DNA of 64,000 nt from Desulfobacterales bacterium (GCA_029211065.1 JARGFK010000011.1:1-64000), one strand, 5' to 3'. Counted from the first letter of the stretch, positions 32,979 through 43,778 are shown. The notes: generated by a model from the sequence alone, not told the origin. Translations and numbers: made by a program.

Positions 32979-34757
32979 TCATCCATCGCCTGCCAATGTT
33001 ATCGCCGTGTCGACAAGTGACAGATGGCTGTATCCCTGGGGATAATTGCCCAACAGCCGCTTGGTCTTGAAATCGATATCCTCGCTCAACAGCCCAAGGT
33101 GGTTTCGATAGCCCAGCATTTTTTCAAACAGGGCCTCGGCCTCTTTTCTTTTTCCGATTTTCCACAGGCCCCTTATCAGCCAGAAGCTGCAGGCCGTAAA
33201 CGACGATTTCGGAACGCCGAAATCGTCGTGATTCCTGTAACGGTACATCAGCCCCTCCTTTTCGAGCCGTTTCCTTGTCAACATGACCGTGCTTACATAC
33301 TTCGAGTCGTCGGAAGATATGAATCCGTAATGCTCCAGCAGGAGGTTGGCGGCGTCCAGGTCTTTTTCGCCGTAAGCCTGGGTAAATGCCCCCAATTCAG
33401 CGTTCCATCCCTTTTCGAGAATATCCTTCAGGATGGTTTCCCGCATCTTCGACCATACCCGCACATAGCTCGGCATCCCGAAATATTGCGCGATCCGGGC
33501 GGCCCGATCCATGCTCACCCAGCAGAGCACCTTGGAAAAGGTGAAATGCTTGTTTGACCCCCGAAATTCCCATATGCCGCGGTCCTTTCGGGTCCAATTC
33601 TGTTCCACATGCCGGGCCAGGGTGCGAACGACGGTCCACAGATCCTCCCGGTTCTCGACCGCCTCGCGCTTGAAAATCGTCAGGTATTGATAAATCACGT
33701 CCAACACGACGCCAAAGATGTCATTTTGTTTTTGGCTGTAAGCCGCGTTTCCGATGCGGACCGGTCTTGAATTTTCATAACCGGCCAACCAATCCAACTT
33801 TTTTTCCGTCAGCTTTTTCTGCCCGTTGATGCCGTAAACAATCTGTATCTTCTCATTCTTAAATGGAATGACATCGATCACATAGTCCAGAAAACGCTTG
33901 GCGACCCGGTAGTGGCCCAGTTTTACCATCACGCTTACGGCCATGCCCGCATCCCGAAGCCAGCAGTATCGGTAGTCCCAGTTTCTTTCGGCGCCCGGGT
34001 CCTCCGGCAAGGACGTGGTGACCGCCGCAAGCATGGCGCCGGTCTTTTGATAGGTCAACAATTTCAGTACCAGGGCGCTTCGACCGATTTCATCATTAAA
34101 GCGTGAAAACCGCCGGGTCTTGGAGGACCAGATCAGCCAGTAGATCCGGGTCCTTTCGTACTCCAAAACAATGGCGTCGATGTTCAGCGGGGTGAGCTTC
34201 TGATTGTAGCTGAGCAGAAAAAAGCAATCCCGGTCGATGGCAATCGGTTCACCGGCCGCCACCCGGGAAAGCTCAAGATCGGAGTATAGATAGATGGACT
34301 CGTAAGGCCCCTTGACGGTTCCGGTTTTAATGTATTCTTTTCGCACCTCGGTCTTTACGTCATGTTGCGCGTATACCGGCCGCGGATTATAAATGACACG
34401 GATTTTCGGCTTGCCGGAAATGTGCCTGACATATCGGATGAGATCCGGGGGGCAGTAGTATAGCCCGGATTCGATCTTGTAGCGCGGCATAAAATCGATC
34501 AGCTCGAATCGATCTTCTCCATTGGAAAAGGCGGTCTTCAGAACGTTGGTTTTCGAGACATATCGTTGTTGGATGCCGTACTTGCCGGAGACCTCGATGG
34601 AAAACTCCCCCCCTTGCTGCGAATCCAGAATTTTGGCGAAAACAGCGGGGGAATCGAATGTGGGCAGACAACACCATTCAATCGCTCCCCGTTCCGATAC
34701 CAGTGCGGCGCTCGTGCAGTTGCCGATCACGCCGTAATTCAAATTTTTCATGTGCAC
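32979..34757 (-). CDS. Glycoside hydrolase family 15 (glucoamylase / trehalase-like)
   Basis: The N-terminus 'YGVIGNCTSAALVS…GAIEWCCLPTFDSP' and 'RYCWLRDA' are GH15 signatures. Length is 592 aa. Confidence 0.8.
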   Translation of the reverse strand: MHMKNLNYGVIGNCTSAALVSERGAIEWCCLPTFDSPAVFAKILDSQQGGEFSIEVSGKYGIQQRYVSKTNVLKTAFSNGEDRFELIDFMPRYKIESGLYYCPPDLIRYVRHISGKPKIRVIYNPRPVYAQHDVKTEVRKEYIKTGTVKGPYESIYLYSDLELSRVAAGEPIAIDRDCFFLLSYNQKLTPLNIDAIVLEYERTRIYWLIWSSKTRRFSRFNDEIGRSALVLKLLTYQKTGAMLAAVTTSLPEDPGAERNWDYRYCWLRDAGMAVSVMVKLGHYRVAKRFLDYVIDVIPFKNEKIQIVYGINGQKKLTEKKLDWLAGYENSRPVRIGNAAYSQKQNDIFGVVLDVIYQYLTIFKREAVENREDLWTVVRTLARHVEQNWTRKDRGIWEFRGSNKHFTFSKVLCWVSMDRAARIAQYFGMPSYVRVWSKMRETILKDILEKGWNAELGAFTQAYGEKDLDAANLLLEHYGFISSDDSKYVSTVMLTRKRLEKEGLMYRYRNHDDFGVPKSSFTACSFWLIRGLWKIGKRKEAEALFEKMLGYRNHLGLLSEDIDFKTKRLLGNYPQGYSHLSLVDTAITLAGDG

Positions 34758-34910
34758 CCTCCTTCAAACCATAAGTCGGTATTTAGAAAAAGCCCCACCG
34801 GAAATTCTTTCAATAGATCTGAAATATAATGTCTTCCGCGCTCAGCTGGATGCGGTAGGTCGAAATAGGTAACGCTGAAACCACGTGATCCATGCCTATT
34901 TCCTTTTTTT

Positions 34911-36155
34911 CTATACTTGCTTAACGGATGATTTTGCCTGATTGACCAGCTTCTGGTAATAATTCAAGGTCTTTTTTGCAACAGCCGTCCAACTAAAGAC
35001 TTCCTGAATTCTCTTTCGCGAGCATTTTCCCATTTTATCGAGCTCAGCGGGATCTCCGAGCATTTGGTCTATCTGGCGTGCCAGTGCGCGGGCGAACCGA
35101 TCGGGGTCTCGAGGCTCTGGATCCTGCGGGCTCTTCGGCTCGAAGGAAACCAGGCGGCCTGTTTGTCCGTCTACCACCACTTCGCGTATGCCCCCGACAG
35201 CCGATGCAACCACCGGCGTGCCACAGGACATGGCTTCCAAGTTAATGATTCCGAAAGGCTCATAAATAGACGGGCAGACAAAAAGCTGCGCGTGGCTGTA
35301 TAAAACGATCAAATCCTCCCGCGGGACTGTTTCCTCAACCCAGATGATCTTTTTTCGGAATTGTTTCTGAATTTTTCTAACCATACCCGAAACCTCCTGC
35401 CTGAACTCCGGCGTGTCCGGGGCGCTGGCACACACGACCGCCTGAACATCCGTTTCGAGGTGGGAAATCGCCGCAAGGAAATGGTGAATCCCCTTTTGCC
35501 GGGTCAGACGAGAAACCATCATAATATAGGGCTTTTCGGGATTGATCCCATAAGATGCCACAACCGATGGATTTTCCCTGGATCGATAGTGATCGGCGTC
35601 GATCCCATTGAAAATAACCTCCATCCTTTGTTCGGGAATTCCATAGACGCGTTGGATATCGTCATTCATGGACCGGGAAACCGCAATAACGCCGTCCGCA
35701 TTCTGAAACGCGGTCTTTTCGATCCATGAACTGGCGAAGTAAGCCCGCCCCAATTGCTCCTTCTTCCATGGGCGCAGGGGTTCCAATGAATGGGCGGTCA
35801 ACACCAGGGGAACACCCAGCATCTGTTTGAGGAGACACCCGGCCAGATGCGTGTACCATGTATGGCAGTGGATAAGGTCCGCCTCTTCGAGCGCACCGGC
35901 CATCAGTGCATCTCGTATGAGCGTATCGATAAGGGAGGGATAGTCGGTTCCCTTAATGTTACAGGTCGAAGGAAGTTGAACTCCCGTTATGTTTAAATTC
36001 GATGCCTGTTTGTATTGATCGCCAAAGCACATCACCTTGATCTCGTTCACCCCGTCATCGATCTTCGCGAGATTTCCGGTTAGATAATCTACGTGTACGC
36101 CTGCACCGCCGTAAATATAAGGCGGAAACTCTTTCGTCAAAACGGCTATTTTCAA
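34911..36155 (-). CDS. glgA: GT4-family glycogen synthase / alpha-maltose-1-phosphate synthase (GlgA/GlgM-type)
   Basis: The N-terminus 'KIAVLTKEFPPYIYGGAGVHV' and 'EPFGIINLEAM' are typical of actinobacterial-type GT4 glycogen synthases linked to the GlgE pathway. Confidence 0.8.
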   Translation of the reverse strand: MKIAVLTKEFPPYIYGGAGVHVDYLTGNLAKIDDGVNEIKVMCFGDQYKQASNLNITGVQLPSTCNIKGTDYPSLIDTLIRDALMAGALEEADLIHCHTWYTHLAGCLLKQMLGVPLVLTAHSLEPLRPWKKEQLGRAYFASSWIEKTAFQNADGVIAVSRSMNDDIQRVYGIPEQRMEVIFNGIDADHYRSRENPSVVASYGINPEKPYIMMVSRLTRQKGIHHFLAAISHLETDVQAVVCASAPDTPEFRQEVSGMVRKIQKQFRKKIIWVEETVPREDLIVLYSHAQLFVCPSIYEPFGIINLEAMSCGTPVVASAVGGIREVVVDGQTGRLVSFEPKSPQDPEPRDPDRFARALARQIDQMLGDPAELDKMGKCSRKRIQEVFSWTAVAKKTLNYYQKLVNQAKSSVKQV

Positions 36156-36554
36156 AACAACGCCACCTTTTCTTTTAAAGAATAATCTGATGCCGATTGC
36201 CTGTCCATGACTGCTGTAGGGGCTTTATCATAAAATGGAAAGCGCCCTCACCTGGCTTGAAGTAATAATTTCTTATAGTCAATTTCAGTACCAAATGAAA
36301 GCATCATTTGAACATAAGAGGAATATCCGGCCCGGGGCAGGCTGAACGACGGGTCGATCTTTCCTTTAAAGCCGTCGAGTCTTGGGAATTTTTGAACTGA
36401 AATTCGACAATCACACCAAAAATGTTTATAGATAGTTTATTGGCATCGAATGCTTTTTTCTGCACCGATCCCGCCTTTTTCAGATTGACGTAAAAGAAAA
36501 ATGTTTTTTTACGGCGCATAACCCCTTAGGTTTTAGCCGTCGAAAGGAGAAAAA

Positions 36555-37535
36555 ATGCGAAAATACATTATTATTTTTATTCTTTTCCTGGCAGCTGTTG
36601 CGATGGGCTGCGCACCCAAAATAAAACTTTATCCGGACGCGACGGACCCCTTGAAAGAATTTACCGTTTCCGGAACGGGCAAAGAAAAAGTGCTGATAAT
36701 TCCCATAACCGGCATCCTGTCGGACAAATCCAGGGGAACTATTATCGACAAGCCCTCCATCGTCCAGGAAGTTGTATCCCAGCTTCAACTGGCGGAAAAA
36801 AATAAAGAGATAAAGGCGGTCGTTCTTAAAATCAATTCACCCGGAGGCTCTGTTACCGCCAGTGACATTCTCTATCACGAAATCGCGGCCTTTAAAAAGC
36901 GCAGCGGCGTTAAGGTGGTTGCCGCCATGATGGATGTGGCCGCATCCGGCGGATATTACATTGCCCTGCCGGCCGACCATATCCTGGCGCACCCCACCAC
37001 CCTGACCGGCTCTGTGGGGGTTATCCTGCTGATGCCCAAGGTCACCGAACTCATGGACAAAATCGGCGTGGGCGTCGACATTCATAAGTTTGGAGAAAAC
37101 AAGGACATGGCCTCACCCTTTCGTCCGGCGACCGCCGAAGAAAACAAACTGCTGCAGAACATAACCGATGACTTCGGCCGCCGGTTTATCACGCTGGTGA
37201 AAACCCATCGCAAGCCGACAAGCGAACATCTGGAACTAACGGCCAGCGCCCGGGTGTTCACGGCCCAAGAAGCAAAGGAAATCGGCCTGATTGACGCAGT
37301 GGGCTATTTAAGCGATGCGTTTGCGACCGCAAAAAAACTTTCAGGGGTGCCGGACGACGCCCGGGTGGTGGTCTATCGCCGCAGCGAATATGCCAATGAC
37401 AACATCTATAATACCGCCGTGAGCCGGAACGGCGACTTGAATGTTTCTTTGGTTAATCTGAATCTGCCCCCGGCGCTGTCTTCCATGGACCCCGGTTTTT
37501 ATTATCTCTGGCTGCCGGGAACCGGCTCGTTTTAG
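36555..37535 (+). CDS. sppA: Signal peptide peptidase SppA (S49, 36K type)
   Basis: A signal peptide/lipobox-like N-terminus is followed by S49 motifs ('INSPGGSVTASD', 'MDVAASGGYY'). Confidence 0.8.
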   Translation: MRKYIIIFILFLAAVAMGCAPKIKLYPDATDPLKEFTVSGTGKEKVLIIPITGILSDKSRGTIIDKPSIVQEVVSQLQLAEKNKEIKAVVLKINSPGGSVTASDILYHEIAAFKKRSGVKVVAAMMDVAASGGYYIALPADHILAHPTTLTGSVGVILLMPKVTELMDKIGVGVDIHKFGENKDMASPFRPATAEENKLLQNITDDFGRRFITLVKTHRKPTSEHLELTASARVFTAQEAKEIGLIDAVGYLSDAFATAKKLSGVPDDARVVVYRRSEYANDNIYNTAVSRNGDLNVSLVNLNLPPALSSMDPGFYYLWLPGTGSF

Positions 37536-37636
37536 AAGATATCGACACCTATTGCCGCTCAATTATCATTCTCGTTACGTCTGTTGGCAATGCGTGTTCA
37601 CTATGATATTTACAGAATAATTTCAAATTTAATAGT

Positions 37637-38407
37637 TTGCCTATTCTGCATATATCTGAATTTAAGGAACTGATAATTTTGACATCAAAAGCGTCTCTAA
37701 CTGCGGATGTCATCTTGCAAGCTGAATCGTATGATGGAATCCGAGCGGGAATTGCAGGTTTAAAAGATGTTTTAGAAGGCCCTTCATATCAAGCGCCAGA
37801 AGGCCCGCGCAGCGCAACCCAGATGGACGATGTTTTGATTAATAATTGGCCGGTGCAGGCCCAAACCGTGTTGATACTGGGGTTGAATCATCCGGAAAAG
37901 GACCCGCGTTTGGACTATTGGGAACGCGGCGATACCTGGGGAAACAGGCGTCTTCGGGAAATATCGGAGTTGCTGAAAAGGTGGCTGCGAGAAAAATATG
38001 ACCTGGCCGCTCACCCGCTGCCCTATCATATTGAAAAGGGAGGACTGTTTCTCAAAGACGCCGCTGTTTTATCCGGCATGGGTATCATCGGTCGAAGCAA
38101 TCTGTTATTGCATCCCGAGTGGGGACCTAGAATCAGGCTGCGTTCGATTCTGCTGGAGGGGGATTTCCAGCCGACAGAAGCACTTGAAGGATTTACCCCA
38201 TGTGAAACCTGCGAGGTTTTTTGCCATAAAGCCTGCCCAATGAAGGCCTTTCCCAACGGGAAATATAGCCGGTTGATCTGCCTTAAGCAGATAGATGCCG
38301 ACGTGGAAAATAAAGTTCCCGCTGGAGAAATCGGCAAAAATGGTAAACGCAATTTGGTGATTACATATTGCCGTGCCTGTGAATTGTCTTGCCCGGTAGG
38401 GGCTTAA
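37637..38407 (+). CDS. 4Fe-4S double-cluster protein, epoxyqueuosine-reductase (QueG) / reductive-dehalogenase-like
   Basis: C-terminal motifs 'CETCEVFCHKACP' and 'CRACELSCP' are present. The start is uncertain. Confidence 0.5.
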   Translation: MPILHISEFKELIILTSKASLTADVILQAESYDGIRAGIAGLKDVLEGPSYQAPEGPRSATQMDDVLINNWPVQAQTVLILGLNHPEKDPRLDYWERGDTWGNRRLREISELLKRWLREKYDLAAHPLPYHIEKGGLFLKDAAVLSGMGIIGRSNLLLHPEWGPRIRLRSILLEGDFQPTEALEGFTPCETCEVFCHKACPMKAFPNGKYSRLICLKQIDADVENKVPAGEIGKNGKRNLVITYCRACELSCPVGA

Positions 38408-38747
38408 AAACTTCGCCGAATCCACCCTAACCGGGATGAATTTTTTAAAAGGATCAAGGGACGGCAATCGCTGAGTTTAAAGTCACTGGATTTTCTTTAA
38501 AACAGCCTTTTTACGTACAGCGCCACCGTATCACAACCCACATGGCCATTTCCCAACGACACAATCCGACAACGCTCCCAAAGTTTTTTCAGCACCGCTA
38601 TCTTGAAGAGTGTTGGATCTATACTTGATGCTTTTGTTTAGATCTAAATATGGTAATACTCGGCAGGCATGGCATGTTTTCAATTACCATGTTTTCCTGA
38701 TAATATTTTGGGGTGCTTGAGTCTATCCCGTTTACGAATATAGCAAA

Positions 38748-40022
38748 TTGGGGGAAATATACGTGCCGGTTCTTGATCACTTCATCAGGGAAAAACAACG
38801 TTTTCTTAATCACTGCACCCAATGCGGGCTCTGTGCCGAAGGCTGCCCGATTTTACCCTATACGGATATCAGCGAGATTCCCTCTTGGGATATTCAGAAA
38901 GGGGTGTTTGATTTTATGGACAGCGGAACTCCCAATCAACAGGCTTACACCAAGGCTTTTGCCTGCATGGAATGTTTTAAATGCACGTCCGGCATGTGCC
39001 CCGAGGACCTAAACCCCTTGCTGGTCAACGAACTCATCAAGGAAGACTATATCTCCAAAGGACTGATAAATACGGCTTTCGGTGACGCCAAACCATCCGC
39101 CGGTAACCATCGGGTACTGGCAAGCGTCCAGGTATCCGGACCGGAATACAACCGAATTACCCTATCCCCTAATAAGCAAACGGTACCCTACGTTTTTTTC
39201 CCCGGATGCAACGTATACTCTCAACCGGAAAAAATTCTTAATGCTTTGGATATTATGGACGCTATCGGCGATGAATACGCCTTTCTGCCGGGTATTGAGT
39301 TTTGCTGCGGCGACAACCATTTGTTTTTGGGTGATATCAGGGCGGGATGCAACAGGGCTGAAGAACTGGTAGCGGCTATCGCACGCTTCGATCCAGATGC
39401 CATCGTGCTCTGGTGCCCTACCTGCCTTTGTCGTTTTGATAAATACATCAAGCCTTCCATGGATGTCCCGTTTGAGATTCTGTCGTTTCCGCAGTACTTG
39501 GCTGAAAACATGAACAAACTGCCACTCACCCGGGCTGCGGCCGGAACGGTCACACTCCATGAAGCTTGCAAGTCGGCCCACACGGGAGTTGACCGCAATG
39601 GACCCCGTGAGGTATTGCGGCAATTGCCCGGGGTGGCGCCCAGGGAAATGAAGCATCATGGCATGGAAACAATTTGCTGCGGCAGTGGTGCCGACCGCTG
39701 GTTCCCGCAAAGCAGCGCCCGGCTTCGTAAAGACCGCCTTCAGGAAGCTGCCCAAACCGGAGCGGAGCGACTGGTTACGGTTTGTCACTATTGCAGCCAG
39801 GCTTTTGCGGCTGAAGAACCGCATTACGATTTCAGCATCACCAATTACGTCAATCTGGTAGCCGAGGCCATTGGCATCCGGCGTGACGATACGTTCAAGA
39901 AATATACGCTTTGGGGAAACCTGGATCGGATTTTAAAGGATGCGAATGAACGTATCGCAAAATCGCCTTTTGAAAGAGAACGCATCATTGAAGTGTTGCA
40001 AACCGTCTTTGTGGGATTGTAA
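38748..40022 (+). CDS. HdrD/GlpC-like (Fe-S)-binding protein with two ferredoxin motifs and two CCG domains
   Basis: Ferredoxin motifs 'CTQCGLCAEGCP' and 'CMECFKCTSGMCP' are followed by CCG motifs ('FPGCNV…', 'FCCGDN', 'ICCGSGA'). Confidence 0.7.
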   Translation: MGEIYVPVLDHFIREKQRFLNHCTQCGLCAEGCPILPYTDISEIPSWDIQKGVFDFMDSGTPNQQAYTKAFACMECFKCTSGMCPEDLNPLLVNELIKEDYISKGLINTAFGDAKPSAGNHRVLASVQVSGPEYNRITLSPNKQTVPYVFFPGCNVYSQPEKILNALDIMDAIGDEYAFLPGIEFCCGDNHLFLGDIRAGCNRAEELVAAIARFDPDAIVLWCPTCLCRFDKYIKPSMDVPFEILSFPQYLAENMNKLPLTRAAAGTVTLHEACKSAHTGVDRNGPREVLRQLPGVAPREMKHHGMETICCGSGADRWFPQSSARLRKDRLQEAAQTGAERLVTVCHYCSQAFAAEEPHYDFSITNYVNLVAEAIGIRRDDTFKKYTLWGNLDRILKDANERIAKSPFERERIIEVLQTVFVGL

Positions 40023-40081
40023 TCCTGTAATCAAATCATGAAATCGTTTTTTTTCGTAAAAAAGAATTTCAAACTGAACGG

Positions 40082-41347
40082 TTGAATATTATGATCTCTA
40101 CCTTGATATCTTTCAGTGCGCTATATATCTCAGTGTTTACACTTCTTTTGGGGACTGGTTTTCTTGGGTTTTTTCTAAGTTTGCGCATGACGCTTCAGGG
40201 CTTTTCGGCGTTGTTAACCGGATGGATTATGGCTGCCTATTTTTTAGGAATGGTCCTGGGTTCTTTTTTCTGCCAGCGACTGATTCAAGGGGTAGGGCAT
40301 ATCCGTTCGTTTGCGGCATTTGCCGCTATCGCCACAACAACTGTCTTGCTTCATGGACTCTATGCCGATCCATGGTTCTGGTGGCTTTTGAGGTTATTGA
40401 CCGGTATCACGACAATGGGGCTTTACATGGTCATCGAAAGCTGGCTGAATGAGTGTACGGAGCCTCAATTTCGAGGGCGTGTTTTTGCAATGTATATGTT
40501 GACGCTTTGTCTGGGAGTGGCTCTCGGACAGTTATTTCCAATTGTGAGCGATGTCCATAGTCAAGCGCCGTTTTTTGTTGTCGGTATCTTTTTCTCCATC
40601 TGTCTGGTGCCGATAGCCGTTACACGGACGATCTCTCCAAAAATTCCTGACGTAACAAGATTTAACCTCTTTGTGCTGCTGAAAAAAGCGCCGCTGGGCA
40701 TGCTGGGATGTCTGAGCGCCGGCTTGATTAACGGTGCTTTTTACGCGATGGGACCGGTCTTTGGCAATCAAATCGGATTAACGGTTTCCCGAACGGCCGG
40801 GTTTATGGCAGTGACTATATTCGGCAGCCTTCTGTTCCAATGGCCGATAGGCATCATTTCAGATCGGTTTAATCGGGCGGTTGTTTTGTCTTTATTAAGC
40901 GTGCTTGCCGCACTCGGCGGTATGGGCATCATTATGCTGCCTGAAATACATTACGCCTTATTCCTTTTTCTTATGGTGCTTTACGGGGGGCTCATTTTTA
41001 CGATCTATCCCGTCTCCGTAGCCAGAACGCATGATTTATTTGAGACAACGGATATTGTTCCGGTCAGTTCAGCCCTGCTGCTGAGTTACGGTATCGGCGC
41101 CAGCCTGGGACCCATTATCGCTTCCGGCATGATGACCCTGCTGAATAGCCCTTACGGATTGTTTGTGTTTTTTTCATTAACTGCCGGATTGTTTGCATTG
41201 TTCAGTTTTTATTTGGTCCACATGGAGAAGATTAAAGTCCTTCCCGTAAGTGCACAGGTCAAGTTTGCTCCCATGAAAAATTCATCTCCGGTCGCGTCGC
41301 AACTGGATCCTCGAACGGCAGTCGACAGGACCGATGGGGCCTTTTAA
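40082..41347 (+). CDS. MFS transporter
   Basis: There are 12 predicted transmembrane segments. MFS-like loop motifs are present ('GHIRSF', 'RLLTGIT'). Confidence 0.75.
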   Translation: MNIMISTLISFSALYISVFTLLLGTGFLGFFLSLRMTLQGFSALLTGWIMAAYFLGMVLGSFFCQRLIQGVGHIRSFAAFAAIATTTVLLHGLYADPWFWWLLRLLTGITTMGLYMVIESWLNECTEPQFRGRVFAMYMLTLCLGVALGQLFPIVSDVHSQAPFFVVGIFFSICLVPIAVTRTISPKIPDVTRFNLFVLLKKAPLGMLGCLSAGLINGAFYAMGPVFGNQIGLTVSRTAGFMAVTIFGSLLFQWPIGIISDRFNRAVVLSLLSVLAALGGMGIIMLPEIHYALFLFLMVLYGGLIFTIYPVSVARTHDLFETTDIVPVSSALLLSYGIGASLGPIIASGMMTLLNSPYGLFVFFSLTAGLFALFSFYLVHMEKIKVLPVSAQVKFAPMKNSSPVASQLDPRTAVDRTDGAF

Positions 41348-41492
41348 TGTTTTTATTTGTCTATACTCATGAAGCGTTTACTTTTTATCGGTATTTTTCG
41401 GATGAAAGACACATCCGGGTCGGTTCTGGAAAAATCCAACAGTAGTGAATTGAAAATCGTGAAGCTTTCAGTCGAGCGGTTTTAAAATGGAT

Positions 41493-42908
41493 TCATCGTC
41501 TAGATGCAGCCGCCGCTTGCCGACCGGCAATGCGGCCGAACACGATGCATTCGGGAAGGGCGCAACTGCCCAGGCGGCTGGCACCGTGTATACCCCCGCA
41601 AACCTCGCCGGCGGCAAAAAGGCCCGCAATGGGGCGGCCATCGAGGTCGAGGACCTGCGCATTTGAATTGATCTGCAGACCGCCGGGGGTGTAATGGACC
41701 TTGGGCCACAGCCGGATGGCATAAAAGGGGGGCGTGACAATCAATTGGGCCCCTTGGCCCAGAGGTTTGCCGAATTCGTCCTGCTTTCCTTCGGCAACCA
41801 TTCGATTGTAACGCTCCATCGTTGCTTTCAGCTGCCGGACCGGCATTTGATAGGCCGATGCGAGGTCAAGCATATTCTCAAACCCTTTCACAACCCCCCG
41901 CTTCAGGGCGCGTGCCAGGCTATCGGATGCCCGTGCGGCTCCGCTGGCATCCACGATCCCCACACAGACATGACCGGCCTTGAACATGGCGTCGCACCGC
42001 CGCCTGCGATCCGCCCACTCATTGACGATCCGACCGCCGGTGGCCGGGTCGATCAGGATACCGGCCGGATACACGCTGTAGGATGCAAAACTGGCCCCGC
42101 GTCCATAGCCGGTTTCGTCGGCACACCCCCAAGGCCCCAGTTGTATCCAGGACAGATGGACCGCTGCGGCGTTTATTTTTAAGGCTGCAATTAATCCTTC
42201 CGCCGTGGCGCCCCGATGGTTGGTGGTACCGATGGATTCATCCAAAGCGGGATTCTGGCGGGTGCGGAAAGAAACGTCATTGCCGAAGCCGCCTGTGGCC
42301 AAAATAACGGCGCGTCTGGCGCGGATATGTTTAACAATGCCACTGTCTTTCGCGCCGAACCTGCCGCCGGATCGAATCCGTACGCCGGAGACCGCACCGC
42401 CTTTGTCGGTGATCAGGCGGACCAGCCGGCAGCGGGTGCGTATGTCGACACCCAATGCGTCCAACCGGGCCCGTTGCGCTCTGATGATATCCGCGCCGGA
42501 GTGGCTGCGCGTCGTGAGGCAGCGGGCAACCGAGTGACCCCCGAAACGGTCCAGGCGATCCTGATACCTGACCCCCAGATCGTTGATTGTCCAGTTTACG
42601 GCTTCTCCGGCCTTTTCGGCCACGATGCGGGCAAGGTGGGGATTATTGAGCCCCATGCCGGCAGCGAGCATGTCCTGATAAAGCAGTTCCGCTGAGTCCT
42701 TGATGCCTTGTTGTTTCTGCAAAGGGTTTCCCGGCGCGGCCAAACCGCCGTCGCTGATCCGGGTGTTGCCGCCGGTCACCTTCATCTGCTCGAGCACCAG
42801 GACGCTTGCCCCAGCTCGGCCGGCTTCGATGGCGGCAGACAGGCCGGCAGCACCGCTGCCGATGATGATTATATCCGTTGTTTCATCCCAGGCTGGCATA
42901 CTGTCCAA
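41493..42908 (-). CDS. FAD-binding flavoprotein of the fumarate-reductase / succinate-dehydrogenase flavoprotein family (soluble type)
   Basis: The dinucleotide fold 'DIIIIGSGAAGLSAA', the 'TGGNTRISDGG' motif and the C-terminal 'AGLFAAGEVCGGIHGASRLG' are present. Confidence 0.7.
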   Translation of the reverse strand: MDSMPAWDETTDIIIIGSGAAGLSAAIEAGRAGASVLVLEQMKVTGGNTRISDGGLAAPGNPLQKQQGIKDSAELLYQDMLAAGMGLNNPHLARIVAEKAGEAVNWTINDLGVRYQDRLDRFGGHSVARCLTTRSHSGADIIRAQRARLDALGVDIRTRCRLVRLITDKGGAVSGVRIRSGGRFGAKDSGIVKHIRARRAVILATGGFGNDVSFRTRQNPALDESIGTTNHRGATAEGLIAALKINAAAVHLSWIQLGPWGCADETGYGRGASFASYSVYPAGILIDPATGGRIVNEWADRRRRCDAMFKAGHVCVGIVDASGAARASDSLARALKRGVVKGFENMLDLASAYQMPVRQLKATMERYNRMVAEGKQDEFGKPLGQGAQLIVTPPFYAIRLWPKVHYTPGGLQINSNAQVLDLDGRPIAGLFAAGEVCGGIHGASRLGSCALPECIVFGRIAGRQAAAASRR

Positions 42909-42938
42909 TCCTTAACGAAACGAAAATCTAATCCGGTT

Positions 42939-43778
42939 CTACTTGCGGGTGGCCATGGCGTAGGTGATCCGATCGATAACGATGGCCATGAATACGATGC
43001 ACAGGCCGGCTTCAAATCCGCGGCCGATTTCGATCCGGTTAATAGCCAGCAGGACTTCGAAGCCGAGCCCCTTGGCGCCGATCATCGAGGCAATAACAAC
43101 CATGGCCAGGGCCATCATGGTGGTTTGATTCACACCGACCATGATGGTCGGTCGCGCCAGAGGGAGCTGTACTTTAAACAGTATCTGCCAGTAACTGGAT
43201 CCAAAAGCATGGGCGGCCTCCACCACGCTGGGCGACACTTCCCGGATACCGACATTGGTCAGTCGAATGACCGGCGGAACGGCGTAAACTATGGTGGCAA
43301 ACAAGGCGGGCACCTTGCCCAGGCCGAAGAGCATCAGTGCCGGAATCAGGTAAACGAAACTCGGCATGGTTTGCATGCCGTCCAGCAGTGGCTTGATAGC
43401 TGATTCAAATGTATCGCTGGACGCCATGACAATGCCCAAGGGAATCCCTATGGCCAGAGAAATGATCACGGACGAAGTGACCAGCGCCAGTGTGCGCATG
43501 GATAATTCCCAATAGCCCAGGGTACCCATGAAAAACAGCATCGCGGCCATAATTAAACCGGACCACCATCTTCCCATCAGGCGCCATGCCAACAGGCCGG
43601 TGCCGATCACCAGGACCGGCCACGGCAACCATATAAAGAATTTTTCCACCACCAGCATGAACTGTAAAATGGCCGTGCCGAGGGCATCGAAAAAGCCGCC
43701 AAAATTATTGAGGAGCCAGTCCATGGCCCTTTCAGTCCATACATCCAGAGGGATATTTATGTTATCGGGAAACTCCAT
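42939..43778 (-). CDS. proW: Glycine betaine/proline ABC transporter permease
   Basis: An ABC TMD with the EAA-like loop is present. It is adjacent to the SBP and ATPase genes. Confidence 0.85.
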   Translation of the reverse strand: MEFPDNINIPLDVWTERAMDWLLNNFGGFFDALGTAILQFMLVVEKFFIWLPWPVLVIGTGLLAWRLMGRWWSGLIMAAMLFFMGTLGYWELSMRTLALVTSSVIISLAIGIPLGIVMASSDTFESAIKPLLDGMQTMPSFVYLIPALMLFGLGKVPALFATIVYAVPPVIRLTNVGIREVSPSVVEAAHAFGSSYWQILFKVQLPLARPTIMVGVNQTTMMALAMVVIASMIGAKGLGFEVLLAINRIEIGRGFEAGLCIVFMAIVIDRITYAMATRK

